NCBI GenBank assembly: GCA_037379345.1
Contig: CM074517.1
Span: 42,388,500-42,452,499 of the forward strand
DNA: 64,000 nt
Reading direction: 5' to 3'
DNA from: Perna viridis
Taxonomy: Eukaryota
A program made the translations under genes and the position numbers. Under the pieces are notes generated by a model. That model saw only the letters and a program-made list of their open reading frames with translations. It was not told the origin of the DNA and searched no databases. Shown here in pieces: positions 27,701-42,700 of the stretch (its first letter is position 1; the number at the start of each line of letters is the position of its first letter).

Positions 27701-30700
27701 GATATTAATAGAAATGTTATAAAATAGAAAGTATGTGTCCCATTTTCATTACCTATGAAATTCTAATCATCTTAAAATTGCATTTTTATGTATTCAAAAG
27801 TTATGAGTTACTTCTATTTGTTTTATAATACTGATTCAATACAGAATTTCATGAAAGTATTGTAAGTTCAATAATTTTTATGTATTTATTAAAAAGTACC
27901 TGATCCTCTGGTCTTCCTGGATCTCCTCTTTTCAGGGAACCAGCAACTACAAGCACAGATTTAATAGCCCTCAATCCCCAGTCATAGTGATCTTGTTTAG
28001 ACAGTAGCTCTTTACACAGACTGTACAAAGTGATGAACTTCCTAGCTAGAAGCCTTGCTTCCAAGAAACCTTCAGCTACCAACATGATTTCACAGATCAG
28101 TTCAAAATCTGGGACAACCATAGCACATGGTCTGAACAGGGCTTTAAGATTTTCTGGCAGTTCTGTTCTACCTGCATAACCAGGATTCATAGTAATGAAC
28201 AATCCAACAGTCCATTTTATACTAATGACCTCTCCTTGGAAGTTGAATCTTTGTTTCTTTTCCTTAATGGCATCTTGAATACTCTTGACCTGGACAGCAA
28301 TTACAGACAACACTTCAACAGCGATACGGTTGAACTCATCAAAACAACCCCAAGCTCCTGACTGGGCTAGTCCTTTGTAGATGTTTCCAACAGACTGAAG
28401 TAGAAATAGCATTGTTCAAATCATAAGAGTGAAGGTTTACCATTATAAAAGTTAACTCGGCAAGTATGTACATGTATTATTAGATAAAGACAGTCTAATT
28501 AAGGAGTGGGTTGGGAAAAAGTCTGTTAAAAAACTGCTTAAAATGTGGCAACTTATAGAAAATAAGAATACTAACTAAATCAGAACAAGCCCCATGCCAA
28601 ATGTAGTTGACCCATTTAAACTAAAAATGAAGATGAAGATTTTTCACAAAAAAGTTTGTTCCCTGCTATGCAGTTCCTGAGATTTTATAACACTTAATCC
28701 AATCTTTAAAATCTGCTATTTTGCATTATATTTTTTGATATTTTTATAATTTTTATTAACCAAATTTGACTAAAACTAAATATGATTATCTTCAAATGGT
28801 GTCTTCTTAATCTAGTGGGTGTTCTTCTATACCTTGTAGTCCATCTGTTCAGAACAGTTGAACACATATACCATAATGCCCAAAGCTCTACCCAAATCTT
28901 TGGTAGTTTCTGTTTTACCAGTACCAGCTGGTCCAGCAGGAGCACCACTCATAATCAAATGGAGGGACTGTGTCAAAGTGATGTAACATCTAAAATACAA
29001 GAATTTACATGTAAGGATAACTGAGAGTTCAGTCTGAAGTAATGTTGGTGTGTTTGATGGAATCAAAGAAGTGTTAATGCTTCAATTGCATTTTCCAGTT
29101 TTGTTGATTCTATTACATCTATATGCAAATAGGTGAATAAGATTTTTAACAAAATACCTTCTTGCTCTAAAACGCATTGAAACAGTAGAGAAGAATGGAT
29201 TCCTGAAGTGAATATTGGTTTTGTGATCTTTTAATCACTGAATAATTGAATAACATAGCATGCTCTAAAAAAACCTAAAAATGCAAACATGTACTACATA
29301 ATGAATGAAACAATTATAATACAAAACACATTACATAATAACTATTTGTGTCTACATTTTGAAGGCCAATATGAACATATTTACCTGTCTGTCAATGGAG
29401 TAATAACCAGACGAGGAGTGTTTCCAAGGTACTCATGAGAGTATCTGAACTGTGCATCACAGATATTTGCAAAGCAATCTTTCTCATTGTCATCCCATCT
29501 ATGTCGTAACTGTGACAGCCAGGCAAAGGCTTGGGAGCTATCAACTTTAGTAGTGATCATCTTGGTGACGACATCTCTGGCATGTACATCAATGGTACAA
29601 ATCGTCATGATCTTCTGTCTATCGCCTTTGGACAAGTTACCAATCAGCATGGTAATGAGGCTATTCAGTTGTTGAATCTATAAATTCAGCATGACATATA
29701 TTAAACTTCATCAACAGTAAAATAAAGGAGTAGATGTATGTACCTTGGACAACTGAATATCCAAGAGCGGGATTGTGGAGTGCTCACAAACATGCTTAAA
29801 CTCGCCACACGCTTTATGCGCCTGTCCCAAGCCAGGAACCTGTCGTCCAGTGGTTGTGATTTTTTTATGTTTATTGTTCTTTATTTTTTTTATATACATT
29901 TTTTCTATAGATTAGGTTTATTTTTGTCTTTTATGAATAGTTACACATCATTTATTTTGTGGCTTTTTTACAGCTTGCTTTAATTGTTTAATTGTTCATT
30001 GCTTGGCATTTGGTCAATGACTACCTCATTGGCAATCATACCACATCTCCTATTTTTATATCTAATAATATCAAATACAACAGTGCTGTTCTGAAAGTAT
30101 TTTACCACATCTTTTTCATCATTCCACAAAATAAATCTATGGAATAATTCATTTTAATTGTTATGTTGTATTACAGCAGTACTAAAATTAACACATTCAT
30201 TTTTAACTAGTTTTTTTAACCTAGTATTTGATGTTTTCTGCACCTCCATTAATTTTCCTTAGAACATCATTCAGTACCTAATATAATTCCATACAATGTT
30301 CTGCTTTATGATTCATAGTCACAAACAGCTTAATTCAAAAGTTTTGTCTAAAGAAAGAAGGGCTATGCCAGAAATAAATGTATAGGGAAGTCAGGAGGCA
30401 CTTTTTATTTGACCCCACCATGCATACAATTTTAATTGATTATATTCTTTCAATGTTAAGATTAAATTTCTTTAATAACCACCCACCAAATTTTAATAGA
30501 GGTGCCTACAGACCCCCTCACAATTAATTCTGGAATAGCCCAAATTACAATTATACCTGTTTTTTGCTGTAGTCTTTTAAAGCATTTTCATATCCTTCCT
30601 CCAGCCTGGCAAAGGCAATATTGACTTCAGTTGTCCACCAGATCTGTGTTCCACACAAGGCTACCTGAGCAGGGAAGTCAAAGAGCCATTGATCCCTGGG

Positions 30701-33700
30701 TTTTTCTTCATATGATGATACAGCTTCACACATTTCATGCATCACTGTGCTACACATGGAGTTCAACAGTCGCATAAGCCACACTTCAACCTGTATGATT
30801 GAAAAATACCATATATGTTAAAGGAAAATTATAACTTAAAGTGCAGTTTGAAAGGGATCAAGGTGTATTTTAAAAAAATGTGGTTTTTGGGTTTGTTTTT
30901 TTTTTGTGGTAAATGTAAGTATCTAACACTTTTGCAAAGATACACTAGAGGCCTGAAGTTTTTATTTTCTAGTTCAAAGCACAGATATTTTGTAGATTTA
31001 AAACCTTTCTAACATAAAACTTGTTTTACAAAATAGTTACCTGTCCATTCAAATCACAAGTTTTATCTAGGTTCACATATTCTCCATCTTTACTGTACAT
31101 TCCTATCCCTTGTTTCAGGCAATTGCCCTTGTCATCTTTCTCAAATTCTAGCTTAGCCATACTGTCAAACAGTTTTGTCAAGTGACGACTGACCTGAAGT
31201 GAAATGAAAACATTGTATTCTGAAAAAATAACATCCTGAAAAACTTGTATCACTGCAGTCAGATTGATAACATAAAAACTTACTAATTAACATTTTAAGT
31301 TGTAATTAATTTTAGATTGTATTTTAGTAATTTTATTCTTATTAAGGTCTCTCCCAAACAAATTCAAGAAATGCTAAACTAAGCAGCTCTTACTGAAAAT
31401 GGATACTTAAGTTTTCACATCGCATAAGTTTAGAACGAGAGTCAATTTTAAAAAAAAATTTTTTTTAGAGATGATTTTATGAGGTCAACAAAGTGGAAAT
31501 TGGCAAAATCGTACGTAAATGTACAGTATAAAAAGAATCGTAACGGTAAAATCCCGATTTGAAATAGCAAAAATCTGCTAAAAACGAAAAAAATCCTCCC
31601 TGACTTGTAATCCCCCAAAAAATAAAATAAATAAAAAAATGAAACGTCAAAAATAAATGTCCCTATTTGTTTTTTTGTATCATTGGTTATGTGATAAAAC
31701 AGCAATCAATTGGACAGTATATTTCACATTTAAATAAGACAATATATACTATCATGTTATTTGAAATGACTGAACATTTTAATATGCATGTAAATCGTAC
31801 CTTACAGTACTAAGGAATGGAAAACCTTTACTTTCAGTTCATTAATCATCTAAAGAAAACATTTCAAAATAATTATTTTAGTCAAGCTCTTAAATCCTGA
31901 AAATGTTTAGAAATAGTAAGCATCCAAACATCTTGAACTTACAACTGGGGGATTATTTCCATTGGACAAAATGTCCAGGAGATCTGCAGAAGAGACAAAG
32001 TAAAATCTTGGAAAAGCTAATCTCTTTGTCTCTAGGTACTCAGCTAATGCCTTCTCACACAGTACAAGATCTTCCTGGAGTCTCTCTAACTTTTCATACA
32101 AACGTGGCTGATTTGTTGCTTCAACTGTATTCTTGGTCTTTTCCATCTGCTTCACTAACTCCTACAGATAAAAGCAACAAATTAAAAATTTTCAGTGGAA
32201 AAAAAAAATAAAAAATAAAAAAATGTGGCAGACATTGAATTTGACCAAAGGATGAAATTATCAAACTGATAAAGGTCACTGTATACAATGATTTTCACAC
32301 TGAGCAAAAAACTCCCAAATTAGTACTCATGGTAATGATTATCAACACTTTTTAAACTTATTTATTTTCAAAGCAAGAAAATAAAATAAATCATGTGATT
32401 ATTTTCATAAGGCAGACTTAGCAAAAATAAACATATTTACATACAATTGTATGTATGATTTTTTTCTTTCTATCTTTCATTTTCTACTTCTTTGAACACT
32501 ATCCACTTACAGCATATTAAAATTTTTTTTAAATATGTAATTTATAGAGTAAATATTCTTATGCAAGATTAAATGACTAACAAACATACCTTGAAATCAG
32601 TATCAATACCATCAAATCTAGCAGAATCTTCAGGGAGCTGACTTCTAATATCTTCAGAGCCAATGAAAATACTTTCTAAATGGGACCATGTTCTTTGTAC
32701 TTCCATCCAAACAGATATAACTTGGTCAGCTGTGGATAATTTCTTCTGCCAAGTTGACACTTCAGTCAAGAAATGAGCTATGTATTTGGAGGACAGCATA
32801 TTTTGCAGTTGAACCTGTATCAAAATGGATCATTTTGTATTCAAATCCAGTCATGATTAAAAGAAATTGAAAATTGTAAGTAACAATGTAGCATTTTTAG
32901 TTTTAAAAATTGTTTTTTAAAATTGAATCATACAAGCTAATTATATGGTTAATAGCTGTGTTTAAAGCATACTCATCAATGTAATACTTTCATTATCTAA
33001 AAATGGAGAATTTATCAAAAATATATTTTTCTGCATATAAAATGTGATAGTGAGCGAACAAAACCTGGTTGTCTTCAAGGGTTTCAATCAGTTCTTCACT
33101 AGTCTTCAGCATTGTGATACCAGTCCTTGGATGAGATTCATGTTCAAACTCCATCTGAGCCCAAGTTACATTCAACTCTTTCAAAACTTTCTCCATACTC
33201 ATTTCCTTAACAGCCTTGTCTACAATGCCTCTGACTTCATCCTCATAATTGTGTAAATTAAGAGATAATAGATCTGCCAATGTTGTATTGTCATCCATAG
33301 TGAACCGTACCTGTAAAAGAACAGATAATACATGAACTTAGTGCAAAGCTAAAGGTACATGGATATACTACCAGTCCAAATGAAATCTGCTCAGACAGAC
33401 AAAAAAGTCAGATAAAACCAGGGCTTGTCTGGTAACATGAGTCACATTTCCAGAATCAGATTTTGCTATTTACCTATGTTTTTCCATTTTGGTAAATGTT
33501 GTAATGAAAGTTGAAGGTCATTGCGACATTTCCTTTTCACTGTACTAAAATGCTCGGTCATTTGAAATAACTTTACTTCAATGGTACATTTTTCTCAAGT
33601 CATTTTTTCCCATCAATATGAGGCAGAAGATTGCATTTCATAAAATAAGGTTTCACACATGAGAAATATGTAAACTTTAATGATTTCACCAATAATAAAA

Positions 33701-36700
33701 TTGTATTCAAGTGATTGTTCTAAAACCTCCACAAACACTGACCTTGGTGGCTGACATAAGTTGCTGCCAATGTCTTTCTCTAATAGCTGGATTTTGGAGC
33801 TCTCCCACAGCCCTAAGGGATGTCAGCATATTTTTAACATTATCTTCCACACCAGTGTAAGAGTCCCAAGCCCTCATTTCCTTGTCTAGTGATCTAATGT
33901 CCTTAGAGAACTTCTTACAATCTATGTCCATCTGTTCGACATTGATGTCTTTCCATTGTGTGGTCTTCCAATCATCAAAACTGCTTTCAACAACTATGAT
34001 ATAATCCCACAATGTTTTCAAAAGCACCAGCTCTTTTCTGCATTGCTTAAGCTGTTTGAAATCAGGTACATGGACTTCAAAGAGACCTGCAGATTCAATA
34101 AGCTGTGCCATTTCTGTTTCCATGTCACAAATCTCCCAGTGGTACTAAAACAGAACTATGCATTTGTCATTATTTCAAATCATTTTAATACATGTAACAA
34201 ATGAAGTTCTGTTATTATTTTACATAGTTTATTTTTTATTAACAAAGTTGTTGGTTCAAAAACACTCATGTATATGAAACTACTCCTAATACTCAATTTT
34301 TGTTATAAGCTTTTATTTGGAAATGCATTTTCATTACAGTAAAAAGGGTTCCTAAAGACACCAAATTATAAATCTACAAAATAAGTCAGAAATACCTGAT
34401 CCAAGAATATGTAGGGTTGTTCACATTTATATCTAAATGGTTCAATTCCTCTGAACTTCTCCCTGAATTTATGCTGACTGACATCAAATGATGCAGCATG
34501 ACGTCTAATATTTGATACTTCAGTGGCTTGTAGTGGCGCCATCTGTTGTTTAACAGTAATGGATATCTTCTTTGTGTTGTTCCACTGTTCTGGAAGTTCC
34601 TGTAAAAAATCAAAAATTACAAATACATGTATAATTATCTTCAAAGACAGGACTTCACAAGAAACTGTCACACACTTCTAAAAAAATCTTACTGACGGAC
34701 TGAATTCACTCTCAAAAAGCAACAAAAAGTAGATAAATTACTTCCAATTCAAAAGTAAATATTGCTTGTGCTCATGCCCTAATCCTTATACCATATTTAT
34801 TTTTAGGAAACTAACCTGTAATTGTAGGTGAACTTCTTCTGGCATTTCTTGCTCATAAGTCTTTAACAATTCTATGGTTTGTTTTAATGGCTCAAACATT
34901 TCATCAGTTGCCTGCTGTCTCTCCTTCACAGCATATAAATATCCCATACACTCAACAAGTCCATCATAGTCACCTTCTTCTACCGGATTCAATAAACCAC
35001 CATCAGTATTCTTTATGAAACCAGACAATTCCTTCAAGCTAAAAAATAACATTTCCATTTCTTAATTTTTGATCATTTAAAAAATCTTTAAATAATCAGA
35101 TCTGAAAAATAAAGCTTTATAGGGATGGAGCCTCAGGGATATGTTGGGATTAGGGACATGAATGGTTCAAAATTGTTCTTCCAGAAATGATGTAAGTAAT
35201 TTTGAAGTAGTTGTTTTAACTTTTAATACTGGCACAGAACAGGTACTATTCTAGGCAATCTTACATATTCCCTCTCAGTCAAGACATCACCAAAATAACA
35301 ATATGATTTAACATAAACAACAAAGTAGCTTTATGTGAACAGTGTTCTGCCAAGGTTTTGAAAAATGGCGTGAATTTCACTCATATGTCTAAATTTTGTG
35401 GGCGAATTTTTGAAAAGATGGATGAATTTTTTCAGGTCAATAAAACCTGTCAAAAATTTACTAAATACCAATTTTTACATGCACTTACCTTGGAACTTGA
35501 TTTAACGGTCTTTTGTGTATGTTCATGTCATATGGATTTATGTTAGTGAATTGTGCATTTGTCAGTGTCTTATCAGAATTATAAAGATGATGAATTTATC
35601 ATAATTACCTTTATAGCTGGTTTTAGACAGGACACTTTGACATGTACATTAAATTATCCATGGTAAGAGACTAACATAAATTGAATTTATTGGTTAAAAC
35701 AAGATCAATAACAACTGAACAACACAAATGTCATTATGTGAACAAAAGTATAATGAGATTCATTGAAGCATAGTTAGTTCATAATGTCGAAGACAATTTT
35801 AAAGATTAAACAGTTTTGAAGAACTTCCTGTCTTTCTCTTTTGTTTCCAAGCTTTAAGACTTCCACACTAAAGGAGCACTACATGTTTGTTATGTTTAAA
35901 TGAAAAAGCCTGAAATCGGAAGTTATCGCTAACGTTTGAAAATATGATATGCTCTGAGGCCTCACAAAAATTTTGTGTACCTGAACTACCGATGAATTTT
36001 TAAGCGAGAAAATTACGAATACAAGCAAATTTTATGAGTGATTTAAAAAAATCATGTGTGAAATACGCAAATACGTGGCCTTGGCAGAACACTGGTGAAC
36101 ATTTAGCTTCATGTCTCATAGGCAAAGCCTATAGTAAAATTAAATAAAAAATTGTAATCAAATGTTTCTTTGATCATGATATATTTCAAGAAAGGAAATT
36201 AGTTTGTTGACCTAAATCTTCAAAATTACCTGTTAGTAACATGGTCAATTAGATGCTGTTTGAACATATAACTCCATCTTTTGATTGTGTTAAGGAGGGA
36301 TTGTTTAAAAGGCTTAGAGTTTACTCTAAACCAGCAATCAAACAGTTCAGTTGACTCAACAAGCTGGGCTTCTTGGTATATTGTCTCAAAACTGTCAATC
36401 TGTAAATGAAAGGTTCACAACAATTATAAACAAAAACAGCACATACCATTTTAACACATGAGAATTTTCTACCTTATATCACCACATGAAAAAACCGTGG
36501 TTGTTAATGTACATTAAAGCAACTAGCAATACGGGAAAAAAGGTTTTTATCTGAAGAGAAATTTAAAAAAACAAAAATATATGGATTATCTAACAAAACC
36601 CTTATTGAAAAACTCATTGATCCACAAAAATGTAATTGCTCGTTACTTTTTTCCAATTTGTACTACTTTTGCATTCATATGTAGATGCAGGCATGGTGTT

Positions 36701-39700
36701 TGTTTACACTAAAAGTAGCAGAAATTCCTACCTGTTCTTTGAACTGATCCAGAGTTGGTGGAGACTCTGGCACACCTTCTTCTCCAGCTTGCTCAATTTC
36801 CTCAGGAGTTAGGACATGGTTGTACATCAAAAACTGCCTCATAAATTCATTTCTATCATCTACCCAAAGGTAAGCATACACATCAAATGAGTTCCTGTAC
36901 TCTATTGCCTTTGCCATTACTGCATTCATTCTATCCATCAGTTCTGTTTTCATTTCTGCTAAATCTTCCATTTCTTCCAGATCTTGCATGTAGTCAGCAT
37001 GTTCCAAGTGAGAAGCAAGACGAGGTATCAAGGCAGCTTGTTTGTATATATCATTCACCAAACTATCCACTAATTCATAGAAACCACCTTCTTCATTGTT
37101 GAAATCCAATGATGGCTTAAATATCATGTCTGGAACCTAAAGTTATAGAGAAAAAAAACAAAGATGAAATATTTACAACTATCTAATAGTTATTTAATTC
37201 ATATTAATCATGTGCATTAAAAATATCTAATATAAGCAAAATTTCAAGAAAATAATTTACAAGTAATTTAAAACATTTACTGTAATATACTAGAAGTGAG
37301 AGTAGGCTCAAAGACAGAGAATGAGATCCTACTCACTTTAACTTTTACTCTGATCATGTAAAACCTCAAGTTAGATTATCTAACCTTCCAAATCTGATAT
37401 CCAATCTTCATATCAAGTTTTCAAAAAAAATCCATTTGATGGTTTATCAGTTACACTAAGAAGGTAACTGGATTGAGGACATGATAAATTCTGTAACCCC
37501 CCTTCCCAACATTGTTTGTAAGGGTATAATTTACCTGTAATTCTAAACTAGCTTCAAACAAAGGACTGACATTATTCTTTGGATCAGTATTGTCCAGCAA
37601 GAAGTTTAGACAACAGTAGATTGTCTTGACAAAGCCCTCTACTACCATTTCATCAATATACTCCACATACATATGCCATTTTTCGGAATCAGGGTCAGCC
37701 TTATAATAACCCATGTTTTGCTGAAAAGACAAAGCAATGCATGCAAATAAGTAGGCAATACGTTGATTTTTCATAATAGAAAGTTAAAAATTTGTGTGTA
37801 TTTAAAATGTGACTTATACTTACATATGTATTATTTTATGTCATGTAACTGTATCACACAGACCTTTTAGAGTTATTAAAGATCCTTCCACTTCACTAAT
37901 TTCCAATCTTCAGAAAAAATATTCAGTCCTATACCCAGATAAAAATAGGCCCTCTTTACCTATTTCTTTTAAATCAATCATATCCAAATTTTATTACTAC
38001 TAACCATTCACCTCAGTTTAATCACAACCTGTAAACAAGGGGTGCTATCCTAGCAACAAGCCTAATCATTTATTTTTAACAAAGGCTCCTTCTACCAACT
38101 TCTGTGTAACCAATCCCATCCAAGCTTTCATTGCAACTGACTATTTACCAATCTTGAAGTCCCCAAAAGGCGACAAGCCTAAACAATAAATTTTTTTATG
38201 AAGCACCCCCCTCCCCGATGTTCAAAGATTTTATTGCCACTGACCAATCACCAAAGTTTGAAGGACATTGATGATAAAAAAAAATTAAGGTGCTATCTAA
38301 GTGACAACAAGTTGTGGCTGTTGCACGGACAGACATGTAAAAAATATTAAATCCCTACAACTTTCTTGAGTTTGGTATAACTATCAATTATATAATTATA
38401 CACAATACCTGCAATAGAGCATGGACTTTAGCTCCAATATCTGATATATTTCCATATCTTTTCTCCAGTCTATCCTTTCTATCATCCAGATTAAGTAAAG
38501 TGTCATGTTTATCTTCTTTTCTCTCAAACAAAGGAGATTTACTCCAAGTTGTCATCAATTTATTGATTTCTTCTACATTACTCTTGGCTTTTTGTACACT
38601 GGTTTCTAGTTCTATTACTTGGTCTCTAGTTTGTTGAATATACTCCCAAACACCTGTCATAAATAGAAGGTTCAGTCATAAATAAACATGGTGTATAATT
38701 GGTTGAAAGTTGGCAAAATGCTTTTGATACTTTGGTTTATGATCAATTTTATGTGCAACAGTGTACCATAAATGTCGATAATACCTACAAAATATTGTGA
38801 AAACGTTTTTTAAATCAGAGAAGATTGATAGCTCTGATCTAATTATTTTTCACCATTACTCCCGAAGATCGCTGACAGGACATTCACCTGGGTTAAAAAT
38901 ACTTTCACCTTTGTAAAAAAATAACAAGAGATACACAGGTAAGCAGGTGTCTTGTTTTCATTTCATCTACTTCTTGATTAGTTTTCAAATAAATAATGAC
39001 CATATTTGAGCCACATTATGTCACAATAGTTTAATTTCAAAAGGATCCTTGTGTTATATTCAAACTTTTTTCTTTTACCGCTTGAGTGTTAATCTTCCTC
39101 ACTGTTAAAGAGGCGACCCTTAAAGCACATGCGCGGATTAAGGTCACAAGAAGTCACATGCATACAGATTTATCTAGGTCGATTTTTTATCTTGCAAGAT
39201 AATAAATATATAGACACTTATTTCATGTATTTAATGCATTTCATTTGCGGATATCAAATGAAGTTAAACAGGAAAAGTACAATTTAGTAGAAATAATTCA
39301 AAGTTAAGGTATATTTCAACAGAAACAAATATTTACGAAAATGACAGCTAATGCAGCTTTAATTTTAGGTGTTGCTGCATATACTCATTTTATAGACAAC
39401 ATTTATGACAATGAGAACATTGGAGATGTATATTTAAATAAAAGTGCATTTAACTGTTGAGTATGCTTATTTCTCCTGAAAATAATGAACTAACCTTCAC
39501 TTTCCCATGTTAGCGTTGTCTCTGCTTGTTTCAGTTGTACATCAAGCTCTTCAAGCCAGCCTTCAATCAGAGGGTATTCAACCCCAAGTACATTGTTTCG
39601 AACTTTGTTGTAGAGATGGACAATCAAATCCAAGTTAGTGACATACTTCCATAAAGTATCATTCTGTTCGAACAGAATTTGGGCAGATTCAGGAATCTCA

Positions 39701-42700
39701 GATATATCAGCAACTTTCAGGTATTTCACTTCTCTAAGAATGGCTGTAAGCTTAGCATCAAAGTTAACAGATATTAGATCTGTGTGGGCATTTCTGAGTA
39801 AAAGTGGCTGACTCATATTGAAGGAACAAGATGCATCAACAGTGTCTGTCCATTCATTGTAAATAGTACCATCAAATCTGTAAACAGTCCAAAAAATATT
39901 AATGATACAGCAACAAAAAATATGGCATCTAATGGGACATTAAATAAAATAGTACTTTCTTTGAAATAAGCTGCTTTCAATGACCAAATCAGGTCTCTCA
40001 ATCCTTTTTCCATCATCTGTTGAAAGTGAAATTCATGCCAGGGAAAGTTTGTCTTGATCCTTTTGTTGTTTTTATTTAACTGGTATAAATAAAATTGTGC
40101 AAAATAAAGGGTAAAATAAATTAAGGATGCTATACAGACATTATTTCACAAAATAAACTTAACAACTGTAGCTGGCTAAGTCAGAAGTTTGTATGCTATA
40201 TAAAATCACTACACTGAAAACTACATTTTTGTTAAAAAAAAAACATGAGTTATTATTTCAATGTCTCTGTACTGTCCATATATATACTTACGCACTAATC
40301 AAATCAAGCATTTCCTCATACTTTGTGAACACTAGTTTAGCCTTTTCACCTAGCATACAAGGATGATCCATGTTTTTGAACTCAGTCATGGGTCTGGTTA
40401 TTCTCAGTCTCAATTCTTTAGCCCAGCGAAGACTACCAGCTATTTTTGGCATGTTCTTGTGACGAACAACTTCACCTTCATTTCTTACTCTGGCCATTTG
40501 CTCATCATAGATTTCTTTAGCGGTATCCATTTCTCTCATCATTACATCAATAATCAATGGGTATTTTGCATCAAATATTTGCTTAATCATATCTCTCTCT
40601 AAAAGACTACCCATAATGGCTAAAAGCTAAAATAAATGAATTATGCAAGTGCTCACAAAACATAAAAACAAATTTAAAAAATTGTTAAATTGACAGAATA
40701 TGCTAAAATTATGCAGTTAGTAGAGTGAAAAAAAAAGCATGTATATCTGGTTGAAAAGTTGATTATAAGAGATCATACTATATACATACAGAAGTTGCAA
40801 AAAAAATTCCTCATATCTGAGTTAAATTTTGATAACATTAAGATTTCAAAGAAGCATGCATTTTTTTCAATTATAAATATGGAACTGTCTGACATCAATC
40901 CTTTTGGCATACTAGTTCATGGGGTTAGAAAATTTCAGAGCCACTCTAAAATCACTTTCCCTGGGTTTGATTACTCAGCAAGAGTAGTGACAATCACTAA
41001 CACTTGAAAGAAAAATCTAGAATTAGATGTTTTAGAAGTCAGCAAAGTTACTATGTTCAAACTAATATGCATTATCTCCATACATATAATGGGTCTCAGG
41101 TTACCTTGAAGATTGAAGTAGCTGTGCAGCAATCATCAAAAGCCTGAGAAACAATATTTCCCAATCTTCTGTCAAAGTCATTAACTCTTTCTAAGAAGCT
41201 CCTATAATCACTCAAGAATGCCTGTTATAAATTTAAAAACAAATGTAATTAACTTTGAGCAGCCTAAAATAAAATAATCATATATCTTAAATTGATAATT
41301 TAAAACATATTATAATAGTACCAAGTGTCCCAGGATAATCAAAAAGTATTGCAAGAACTAATTGTCCAATTAGTTATGAAAAATTACATATATTCAATAT
41401 AAATCAATGTGGTTAACTTTAAGGAACCTTACACCAGGAAATCTTTCCATCTAAAACAAAGGTCTAGCACAAGTCTCAATAGCAATACTAAAATGATTTG
41501 TAAAAACAAAATTTTCAAAAATTTGTGATGTAATTGTTACCTTCCAAATTTCTTCGATGCCAACCAAAGTAATTACACTCCTACAATTACATGTACCTTA
41601 CATGATTTTAGTATCACAGTGTTTAAATAAAAAAATTCCTTTTCATTAACCTCATTCACCTGTTTTTACTACCATGCAGCCAGTTAATGTGCAATATGCT
41701 TATTTCCAACATACCTTGTTATCTTCCTGCAAATAGAAATACATTTTTTTACAACTTTTCCAAATTTACTGTGTCATGTACATGTAACTGCCATCATCCA
41801 AATCAAGAATGTTACTGTTTCAATGCAAGGAAACCACACACATATCAGAAAGAATCAGATGATCTTTTTATATTCTTACGTGTGTATTTCTATTGATTTG
41901 TCAATGTCATAGGACAAAAATAAAATTTATTTACATTATTTTGTCAAACAAGAATTCCTTTGTCATAAAAAGCTATTAATTTTCAGTAAAAAATTATTTA
42001 CTACTAACTTATACATATTGTTGAGTTAAAGCCAAAGAGTGGTGAAGTTTCAAATTTATATGAAATTTTGCATGTGACTATCAAAAAAGGTTCAGCCAAT
42101 TTAATCCACTTACTGAGTTTTCTGGGTCCAAGGGGTCATAGCTTCTTTCTGTAAATATCTTAAAAACTTCTTGAAACTCTTCATAGATGGTTACAACACT
42201 CTGGCTCAACTGCTTTCCTTTTATTCCTCCAATTTCTACTTTCTCAAGCTTCATGAATTCCATTGCTGTTGATATCAAGTCCTATAAAAAAAAAAAAACT
42301 AGTACAGTATCATACATCGAGACGCTGTGGCTGCACCCAGACTAGTTCGGGATAGGGGTTTTCCCTTCTTAGGCAGCTATATATGTTTGCCAATCGAACA
42401 TAGGCTTTAAATAAACACTTATATTGCTTAAATAATGTTTAATACAAGCGATTTGACTGGTTTTCTGCAGTCTCATGTAATTTTTACGAGAATATCTAGG
42501 GTTAAAATATTTGCATATGAATAGCCGTAATGGATGCTTTTCTCACTCAACACAAGCACTTTTTTCGTGAACTTCTGAACGATTCTGAGAGTGAGGGTGA
42601 ATTTGAAGGTTTTAATTCATCCGATGATGATGAACAGCCACTAGAAAACAATAATGGAGATTTCCTGATGGAAAATTGTCTGGGGACAAAAAATACATTC

